Assembly (NCBI RefSeq): GCF_002113885.1
Contig: NW_018403537.1
Location: forward strand, 4,025 to 68,024
Source: Mizuhopecten yessoensis
Taxonomy: Eukaryota
DNA length: 64,000 bases
Reading direction: 5' to 3'
This document shows positions 52,951 to 64,000 of this stretch, piece by piece; within the stretch, counting starts at the first letter, position 1, and the number at the start of each line of letters is the position of its first letter. The notes below the pieces were generated by a model. That model had not been told where the DNA came from, did no database searches, and saw only the letters and a list, made by a program, of their open reading frames with translations. Position numbers and translations under genes: made by a program.

Positions 52951-55900
52951 GAGTGAAAATACTGAACTTGCTATTGTGAATTAACAATATTTTGTTTTCT
53001 TCTGTTAAATCTAAAAAAACAGATGAACCTTCATCGAATATGAATTTCATTTATCTCGAAAATTCATACAGCATTTCTTATTCCTTAATGCGCTTGACAA
53101 TACAAATGTAAAACATTTGTTTGAAGACTGATTAAAGGATTGCATGTACGTATACTTGTCATGCATAATATCAGTCGGTTATATTTATACGCTGTATATT
53201 GATATTGATCGATTCGATACAAATATTTGGATGTGCCTGATATGAATTGGTTTTAGACAATTGATGCGTCAAAGATTGGTGAATATCTACGTATGTCTTT
53301 AGTATAGAATCTGAAATTTTGAAATGCTTGTTAAAATAATATCTGACCATTTTGATATTAACTTATGTATGCAGACTTAAACCGTTTACAATTCAGTTTC
53401 CTCTAATGTGTTAATTTGTGTGAGTGTCACTTATTGTTGCCAGACTCAATAAGAGTTTACCGTTGTTAGGCCAATAAGCAACAAACTAAACAAATAACAC
53501 ATAAAGTTAAATGCAATTGTTACATTATTTATATGTTCCTTTCGTGGGTAAATGCTGAAGAATCACAGACATATATGTGGATAGTTTAGAGTAGCAATAT
53601 GTAAACCGACATTATAGAGATTGGAGACAAAAGACCAAATGAAGCAACCTCGAACTGGCACTATCGTACTTATGTAAAACCTAAACGTTTCTTTGTTCGA
53701 CGTGGTAATTCGATAACAAAGACAAGGGTGTCGTGTAAAAAAAAAAATCAGGATTCTTTTGTTTATGAACGTAGCGAAAATTATGATAGATGTTTCAGAA
53801 ATAATTGTTTTTCAAAATCCACAATGACAAGTCCAGGCCAAATTGATTACATCCTGTCCTAGATTGCAGGTTGAATTATTGCTTGATTTAATTCTTTTTT
53901 GATGTTGTTTCAATGGCTCTTCAGCACAACAACTGATGAACATGATGTCGATAGCCAATGAGTAGGCGGCAAAAATAAAGAGAGACAATGGCAATAAGAA
54001 TATTCAAAATATACATCATTTTAATTTAATCTAGGAAAAGTGGGAAAACATCTCAAGATATGATGATGAAAAAGATAGCGAGAATGATTTAAGATTAAAG
54101 TTTGACATTGCCAAATCGTTCAATGTTTTATCGACATGAACTATTGTTGTTTTGTTTCTGTGGTCCTTTTTTCACCATTTCACGTAAATGTGTGGTTAAG
54201 ACACCAACATCCCAAGACGTTTGTATATCTAACTAAGGTGAATTATCCGACTCACAGATCCCGCCTCCTTGTTCCCTATCCACAACCCCTCACACTAGTC
54301 CCTTCCCCGATAGTTTCAAGCTTATAGGGCTCCCCTCCCTCAACCCAAACTCCCGCCCTCGATAGTATTCGGGTCTTGCAAGTTACTCACTCTATGACGT
54401 GCCGTGTGATCAATCTCTTATATTGCCTAGCCAATTCTTTCAAATAATCATGGAAACAACGACACAAACCATAAAGATAATAAACTTAAAACTAAAAGTG
54501 CTTTCCAACATGTTTTTATTATTTATTTTAAACACATTTTATTGAATGAAATATGTTTGAAAACAAAATACGAACGTTTGGTAATAAGACGCAGTCACAC
54601 CTTTGGGGACCATATTTTGTAAACTGTTTAAAAGGTTCAACACTAACTGCTATATATTATATCTTTCACGACTGAACCCTTATATGTGTCAAAAAAGAGA
54701 TTGTGATACCAACGCTTAATATATAATTTCTACTCACAGTCTAAATCGAAAGGGTACATGGTCACTACCAGGATGACAAGTGATCTGATGAAAGGTATTA
54801 GAGAAAGGTGTTATGACAGATCACGTTAGAAATAGCATTATTTGTGACATTAATGACATTTCCCGACAAAGTTTAATACATCAAAGCTGTTGGTGTTTCT
54901 CTTCAATCACGTGGTCTGTATCGGTTGTCTGTAATGTCTGTTCGTCGCAACCTATCTTGTGAGAATTTAAAAACTAATTGGTTGGGTTGTCATGGTGACA
55001 ACTGATATACGATACCAGACACAGGTAGTGTCATTGTACGAATATTAGCACCAGTCGAATTAAAGCCGGTATGCCTCGTATAACAGTTATGTTGCGCAAA
55101 ACAACGAGATTCGATCGTGATACCCGATTCTGTAGTATATGTTGCTATAGCAACTCTGAGATGAAAGAGGCGAAATGCAGTCTACTTTCACTAACGGAAA
55201 GACAGAAATGCGAGTGACGTGTGCTTTCGTTAAAAGATGGAAGCTAGATAATTAGAGCGCCTCTTGGACACAAGTAATAAACATTACAAGAAGATGAATC
55301 TACATGGTATTTGTCAATAAGATAATTATATTATTTGTGAATTAATAAGAAAAATAGTTTACTGAACTAAGATTTATAACTAATCATACTGTCTAAAAGA
55401 AAGAAATCCGAATAAAATGGATTATTTATAAATCGCTTTTTCGACGAGTCCTCACAATTGTGTCCATGTTTAATTAATTAAGTACTGTATGTGTAGACTT
55501 AAAAATATTTCAGAGTTGCTATGTTTATGTACATGTTTAATGTAAGTTATATTTGTATCTTGATTTAAAGTTACCCAGATAGTAAGAACAAAAGTTGTGG
55601 AAGTCAATTAATGTACATGGTGATCCAAAAAACATATCCGTATTTTTAAACTCGCATCTTAAATTATTTTTTAAAACCCAAATATTATGTAAATTTATTA
55701 TAAAAAAAGAATGAATAAAATTGCTGTAGATGAATAACGTCAAAAGAGATATAGCGTATTAAATTATAGTGCCTAACACGTGACCTAATACCCGAGCAAA
55801 ATGTCGTTTTATAAACGTAATGTTCACCTTAAAACAGATACTTCGTAGCGAATAGCGTATTTCTGAATAAGATATACATGAACTTAAAATATATGCCCAT

Positions 55901-58275
55901 ACAAATAACATGTGTGCGCTTAATGCCAACAGAAATCGCATATTTATTTACCGAAAATGACATCGCAGAAAGCAAATATGTCAAAGCAAATGCCCTGTAT
56001 ATATATTATCAGACTATCAGTATAAATAAGTTCCAAGAAACAAATATACACATTTTTTTCAAAAAGAAAAGCATTAACAATACGCATGATAAGTAGATAT
56101 CACGTTTATATATATCCAGAGACAAATGTTAAGTGTATCGTTATATTTTTGAAGCATGTGCATTTGAAGAATCTTGCATTATAACATGATATTTCGCTTT
56201 TGTGTTCAGCATATTTTGCTATTTCAAATGATCTTTTTGTTTCATTCCGAATTTATGAACATTACAAAAATACATTTGCGATATTTTGTACAATTGTGCA
56301 CTAAATATTAAGTTTACATTTTGTTTTATTCACATACAATATATAATACATCATGCAAACCTGAATGAGCATGTATAATAAACTGATGTAAATATGTTAC
56401 ATCAACAGCCAGAGCTACAGGGAGAGTGACGTGAGCAATGACAATTCACAGCGGTTAAAAGTGAACATGGACTGGGGAACTGCAGTGAAACAAATGGAAC
56501 GTAAACACAATATAATATTTTATAATTATAGTAGATTGTTGCCGACACTTAAAATCTTGTTGCAATATTGTGTTTTGTCTCATCACAAAATATCTACAAA
56601 TTAAAACACCATTTAGTCACAAAGTGGAAATGTTAAAAGTGGTCTGACAGTCACCGCTGCCTGTCTATACAGAACAAAAAGTGTCGATAAATCAACCAGG
56701 CCACTCCCTTTATAACTCCATGTCCTTTCTCTTCTATTTGATTTTAAAATAAATGTCAGCTCATTTTGGTAAACGTTCCCATGAGCATAAAATGACAAAT
56801 CTGTATTATGATTTCTTAACCATTTCGACTGCTAGTTAATAATTGGCTGTACGGTTGCAAATGCCGATCTCCGCTAAAACGCTGATACACATAGAAAAAA
56901 GCATGGGCAGGAATTTACTCTATTACAAAAATTAGTTAACATATTTTTTTCTGAGATTAACTTCAAGCTCTAGAATTTAACGATTGAAATGATATCACGT
57001 GATAACGTTATTTTTAATTTGCTCCCTGGACACTTGTTAACATGTTAATTACGCAGATGTCATACCATTCACCTCTTCATCAACACCGAGGGAAACTCGA
57101 TAACCTGCTATAACAACGACAATGAGTCGATGACAGGTCTGATGCTGGGCGATGGTTTCCTCTTTATTCGAGTCTTTGATTAGCAAAAATCACCACATGC
57201 TACTCCATGAACAATTACTCTCACAGGTAGATTACACGAACCCATGCACTACCGTGTCTCATTACGTTAATTACATTCACTTGCATATAATTACCTTCCC
57301 GACAGCGATACTATTTATAAACATGACTATACGGTGCAGGGGAACACAATTGATATGTCTGTACATTTCATAGCTACTCTTTAGAACGCCTACATAGATA
57401 ATAGGCGGCTATGAAAAGGAGACCGGATCAGGGAATCATATTTTCCCTGACAATGGATTAATTCTTATAAACAGTTGTCCTACATTATCCACGTCGTCGA
57501 ATCAATACTGTAAATGTACATCCATCTGTGTTGATTGTCAAGCGATCGCGTAGCATATGTTCATTGGGTAGGTAAGTGCATGCAAACTCTCCAACTTTGC
57601 ATACCATAGTATCGTTGAAACAATAGAAACTGCTGCTAATCTTTTTGTTAATATTTGCAATGAAACAAATATAACTGATAAGAAGTTAATTTAGCAAATA
57701 TATGCAGTTCATGTGTGTGGTGATGTCGTATCTATATTTACTGGATAACAGGGTTTGCAGTCAATAGCAGATTAAATCTAGTCCGATGTGTGTCTGGTCA
57801 TCTTGAAAAATAAACTATGGTCAAGACAAAAGACGAACCTAGGATGCACATATTGGACTTCACCTTTAAAAACGTGGTAATAGATACAACTTGCCAAAAA
57901 TTGAATTACCTAGAATTTTAATATTTCTTTTTATTGCGTCAATGCACGATAGAAAACAAATGTCTTTTTTTTGGATTGAAGTAAGTTCGCGCTTAGAACA
58001 TTTAATTGTAACAATCTTTCAAAAAAACTGTTATGTTTTACTTTACAATCATTTTTCAAACCAAACAAACCAAGTCGGCATATGTTTAACACTGTGGATG
58101 AAATAAGAATTACAATTTAGGTACAGCTGGATATCTTTAAAGGTGAAAGTCTGTCGTTTTGTCTGTTAGCTGATTCAGCACTTCCCCAAGTTCATCGTGT
58201 TTAACGATATGTTTGTCAAGCCATCTACTGATAGTTAAACAAAATTAAAGAATTTAAACAAAAAAAAAAGACGTT

Positions 58276-60400
58276 TATCTAGTAGGTTAACCTGTACGAG
58301 TATCTAGTAGGTTTACATGTATGAGTATCTAGTAGGTAAACCTGTATGAGTATCTTGCCGGCAAACCTGTATGACTATCTCTTGCTCGCAGGCTAACTTG
58401 TTTGTCTATATGGCGTTGATGCGACCAAAACAAATATAAAATACAATTACATGCCAGCAGATTTTTATACGTTTTCGGCTATCATGTATTTCCTATTATA
58501 TTTGGCCATTCTAGTTACTGGCGTGTTTATGCAATGGTGTGTTTTGTTGTTTTGTGTGTTGACGCTGGTGTTGTTTTTCTGACGGCTCACACGTTCTACG
58601 ATATATTTTGTTCCTTTGTATCGATATTACATCTGCTTCTATTTATACTAAAGAAATCATCTCATCGAAATAAGAAACAGACAAGAAGATTTTTTTCTTT
58701 TTTCTTTTTTTTTTCTTCAATATTCTTTAAATTGATGTGCAAATAATTTAACTGTACCAGTTTGTAGTTTATCATTAAATCCTGTGGAATCAATCAATTA
58801 AAACGTACAAGATAAAAGTTAAATGAATGCTGCATAAATAACAATGAATAATAGTCTATAAAATGAGAAAATAATAGCTAAAAAATAAAGTTATAGAACC
58901 ATTGCTGTTTTGATAATGTTTTATTCATAGTGGGCCTCACTCGAACAATATCCCTGTTCGTTAACATCCAGGCCAGCATATTTACATTTTCAATTAATCG
59001 GCCTCGCTACAATATAGCTTATAGAGTACAGTGAAACCAGTGCATTGAACATACAACAATAGTCTAATGCTATTCTATATGTACTACCCTATCAAATCTT
59101 ATAATTTTGTGGTATACCAGTGTGTCACAATAGACCGTTTCACTTAACGTGCTTTGTTTTCAAAAACTGAAACAATGCTTTTATTATATATTTTTTTACG
59201 TTATACATTTAATCGAAATCCAATCATTAATCAATAACATGGAGGTTGAATTTTTATAATTAACACTTTGTTGGAAAATATGACAATTTCGTACATTTAC
59301 TAAGCGAGATGTTTTCCATTAAAATAAGATTGTTTTTTCTTTTAAGTCGCACATTGAAAGTATTTCTATAATTAAGAGAGCCTGAAATAAAATAAAAATA
59401 TTTTGAAAGATCACAAAAACAATTTGATTGACAGAGTCGTACAGTGTACATACCTGTAATACAATAAAAGGTAAAATAGCAATATAATTAGACCAATGAC
59501 ATTTTTTTTGGATTTGTCGTTTGCGCGATTTCATATATTTGTAGAACTACAAGAATCGCGATTTATTACAATAAATCGCATAACAATATTTAACTGTACC
59601 AGTTTGTAGTTTATCATTAAATCCTGTGCAATCATTCAATTAAAACGTACAAGATAAAAGTTAAATGAATGCTGCATAAATAACAATGAATAATAGTCTA
59701 TAACATGAGGAAATAATAGCTAAAAAAATAAAGTTATAGAACCATTGCAGTTTTGATAATGTTTTATTCATAGTGGGCCTCACTCGAACAATACCCCTGT
59801 TCTACAAACGTATTTATTTTAATGAGAATGATTTTATGAATTATTGAAGCTTACGCCACCGTACAAATCAGATTTTTCAAATTCAGGCAGACGGATCAAA
59901 AAAAAATTATAAACTACAAACTTGTACAGTTAAATTATTTGCACATCAATTTAAAGAATATTGAAGAAAAAAAATAGAAAAGAAAAAAATCTTCTTGTCT
60001 GTTTCTTATTTCGATGAGATGATTTCTTTAGTATAAATAGAAGCAGATGTAATATCGATACACAGGAACAAAATATATCGTAGAACGTGTGAGCCGTCAG
60101 AAAAACAACACCAGCGTCAACACACAAAACAACAAAACATACCATTGCATAAATACGCAAGTAACTAGAAACGCCAAATATAATAGGAAATACATGATAG
60201 CCGAAAACGTAGAAAAATCTGCTGGCATGTAATTGTATGTTTATTTGTTTTGGTCGCATCAACACCATATAGACAAACAAGTTAGCCTACTAGCAATAGA
60301 TAGTCATACAGGTTTACCTACAAGATACTCATACAGGTTTACCTACTAGATACTCATAAATGTTAACCTACTAGATACTCATACATGTTAACCTACTAGA
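58276..60400. repeat. Inverted duplication (58276-58772 vs 59909-~60400) enclosing a direct duplication (58746-58959 vs 59588-59802)
   Basis: ORFs 58534..58746(+) and 59951..60280(-) translate to nearly the same text. ATTTAACTGTACCAGTTTG...CCCTGTTC is repeated directly. Confidence 0.92.
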
Positions 60401-62590
60401 TACTGATACAGGTTAACCTACTAGATACTCAAACAGGTTTACCTACTGGATACTCGTACATGTTTTCCTACTAGATACTCATACATGTTAACCTACTAGA
60501 TACTCATACACGTAAACCTACTAGATACTCGTACATGTTAACCTACTAGATACTCGTACATGTTAACCTACTAGATACTCATACACGTAAACCTACTAGA
60601 TACTCGTACAGGTTAACATACTAGATACTCATACATGTTAACCTACAAGATACTCGCACAGGTTTACCTACTAGATACTCATACACGTAAACCTACTAGA
60701 TACTCGTACAGGTTAACCTATTAGATACTCGTACAGGTTAACCTACTAGATACTCATACATGTTAACCTACTAGATACTCGTACATGTTAACCTACAAAA
60801 TACTCGTACAGGTTAACCACCTAGATACTCATACATGTTAACCTACTAGATATTAATACAGGTTAACCTACTAGAAACTCAAACATGTGAACCCACTAGA
60901 TACTCGTACAGGTTAACCTACTAGATACTCGTACATGTTAACCTACTAGATACTCGTACATGTTAACCTACTAGATACTCATACAGGTTAACCTACTAGA
61001 TACTCATACAAGTTCACCTACTAGATACTCATACAGGTAAACCTACTAGATACTCATAAAGGTTTACCTACTAGATACTCATACAGGTTTACATACTAGA
61101 TATTCGTACATGTTAACCTTCTAGATACTCATACATGTTAACCTACTAGATACACATACATGTTAACCTACTAGATACTCATACATGTTAACCTTCTAGA
61201 TACTCATACAGGTTAACCTACTAGAAACTCGTACATGTTAACCTACTATATACTCATACATGTTAATCTACTAGATACTCATACATGTAAACCTACTAGA
61301 TACTCACACAGGATTACCTACTAGATACTCATACATGTTAACCTACTAGATACTCATACATATTAACCTACTAGATACTCATACAGGTTTACCTACTAGA
61401 TACTCACACAGGATTACCTACTAGATACTCATACATGTTAACCTACTGGATACTCGTACATGTTAATCTACTAAATACTCATACAGGTTTACATGCTAGA
61501 TACTCGTACAGGTTTACCTACTAGATACTCGTACATGTCAACCTACTAGATACTCGTACAGGTTAACCACCTAGATACCCATTAATGTTAACCTAATAGA
61601 TATTCATACAGGTTTACCTTCTAGATACTCATACATGTTAACCTACTAGATACTCGTACAGGTTAACCTACTAGATACTCATACATGTTAACCTACTAGA
61701 TACTCGTACATGTTAACCTACTAGATACTCGTATATGTTAACCTACTAGATACTCATACATGTTAACCTATTAGATACTCCTACATGTTAACCTACTAGA
61801 TACTCAAACATGTGAACCCACTAGATACTCATACATGTTAACCTACTAGATACTCGTACATGTTAACCTACTAGATACTCGTACATGTTAACCTACTAGA
61901 TGCTCATACAGGTTAACCTACTAGATACTCGTACATGTTAACCTACTAGATATTCGTCCAGGTTAACCTACTTGATACTCGTACATGTTAACCTACTAGA
62001 TACTCGTACAGGTTAACCTACTAGATCCTCATACATGTTAACCTACTAGATGCTCATACTGGTTAACCTACTAGATACTCGTGCATGTTAACCTACTAGA
62101 TACTCCTACATGTTAACCTACTGGATACTCAAACATGTGAACCCACTAGATACTCATACATGTTAACCTACTGGATGCTCAAACATGTGAACCCACTAGA
62201 TACTCATACATGTTATTCTACTAGATACCGTACATGTTTTCCTACTAGATACTCATACATGTTAACCTACTGGATGCTCAAACATGTGAACCCACTAGAT
62301 ACTCATACATGTTAACCTACTGGATACTCAAACATGTGAACCCACTAGATACTCGTACAGGTTAACCTACTAGATACTCGTACATGTTAACCTACTAGAT
62401 ACTCGTACAGGTTAACCTACTAGATACTCAAACATGTGAACCCACTAGATACTCATACATGTTATTCTACTAGATACTCGTACATGTTAACCTACTAGAT
62501 ACTCGTACATGTTAACCTACTAGATACTCAAACATGTGAACCCACTAGATACTCATACATGTTAACCTATTAGATACTCATACAGGTTAA
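60300..62590. repeat. 25-bp minisatellite, ~90 copies
   Basis: Unit ACCTACTAGATACTC(A/G)TACA(T/G)GTTA. About four reverse-complement copies also lie at 58276-58380. Confidence 0.97.
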
Positions 62591-63227
62591 CATGCTATAT
62601 ATAGAGTAAGTAAACATTAGGTGTACCAAGCGAGACACGGTAATAAAACAACATCAACAGGGTAAGAAAGGAAACATATTTCAGTCTGCAACGTTAGCAG
62701 TATTGGTTTTGTTTTTGCGACATCTTCTCAGAAGAGTATGGTGAGGTAAACCTCATAATATGTCGTTAACGCCATGTTATTGGCCTGATACGACCACATA
62801 AACAGTAAGGTAGTCATGGCCAGTTGTATTCCCCTGAGCCAAAAAGAGATCCAGACAATCATGTCGATCATTATTAACAACGTAACACGCAGTTAATAAC
62901 ATTTTTTAATGTAAAACATTAATATTGTCGTATTAGTACCCTGCTGACAGAGTCATAGCACCCATTACATACAATGTGTTATGAACGCACATTTAATAAA
63001 ACTTAGCTGAACTACGATTGGCTGTAGGTTCAGGACTACTCTTTCAGTTGTGATTGTTATACATACTTCCATTTTCATTTTGACGTCACAAAAGATGAAT
63101 GTTGGACACTCAAATGGTGATATACAGAAAAGTCATGATTTAAAACTGTAGCTCGCCAGTGGCTTGCTCAATTTATATAATTCTAATAAATTCTATGAAA
63201 TCTAAATATATGTACGATTATCCATTT

Positions 63228-63490
63228 TCCTTCTTGCGATAGGGCGGTTCTGTTGCCGACTTAGAGAGCTACCTCACTGAAATACCATGCCGAAAGCTCC
63301 TAGCACAGTATTCCACCCGGTGAAATTATACTGACAACAGCTACACCAGTTGCTATACGATAGCCCTAGATGCTGAAAGTTAAATAGGGAATAATAGCTA
63401 CCATTTTAAGGATTTTGTGGTATCCCAGCCTTGGACAGATCTCGTCGCCCACTTGGGCGAACGCTCAATACTAAGGCGAAAAGTGAGGCT
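63228..63490 (-). mobile_element. tRNA-derived SINE with conserved central domain (copy 2)
   Basis: Collinear similarity with 35130-35390. Confidence 0.7.
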
Positions 63491-64000
63491 GGAGCATGGG
63501 CGATTTATAGCGTAAGAGGTCCCTAATATGGTCTACATCTTTTCTACCATGTCTCATACTTTTTTAACTAACCACCATCGATCGGCAACCGCATTATTAT
63601 GTTAGTGTGCAATGACCGTAAATCAACTCCTTGTCGGTCGGCTGTAACAAACAAATCACATGTTGTTGAGTAAAATAGTTTCACCTTTAAAATAGCATTA
63701 TAATGCGATTTTTGTTTTATATCAAGAATATCTCAAAGCAAAACTGGTGAAAACTCTGTTACATGTAATAGTCGTTAGTATCCTTTAATAAGATATGAAT
63801 TCTTTTGGGATTCAAATACAGGGAGAGTGGATATGATAATTGTATGATGCAGTGTTATTTGGTTTTGGCATTCTGTAGATATTACCAAATTTTCACTGTG
63901 CAGCCACATGTCTGTATATGTTACACTCTACATCTATCAAGAACATAATGTTTAAACACAATCGTTAATCATCTAAAGTTTAAAAATTACCTTTAAAAAA

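Noticed and set aside
58534-60280. Duplicated small membrane-protein gene (MVCFVVLCVDAG...)
   Set aside because: It lies within an inverted duplication of AT-rich DNA, the copies diverge in frame at the T-run, and there is no splice or domain support.

Overview
AT-rich, repeat-dense animal genomic DNA. The SINE, LINE and palindromic repeat types suggest a bivalve mollusc (inference). I find no intact protein-coding gene: the ORF-track entries are tandem-repeat translations, decayed transposon fragments or chance ORFs. The one confidently recognisable gene is a minus-strand mir-137 hairpin at about 18513-18584, carrying an invertebrate-type mature sequence and a correctly spaced CNNC motif. 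A GC-rich motif cluster just upstream is its likely promoter or enhancer. About a fifth of the window is unrelated minisatellite arrays with 48, 66, ~35, 44, 19, 21, 19, 33/36, ~66 and 25 bp units. The rest includes CR1/L2-group LINE remnants (RT pieces and an ORF1-only copy), a Tc1 remnant, tRNA-derived SINEs and a family of ~150 bp palindromes with central mini-hairpins. One palindrome heads a composite element that carries a minisatellite. A foldback-like inverted duplication lies at 58.3-62.6 kb.
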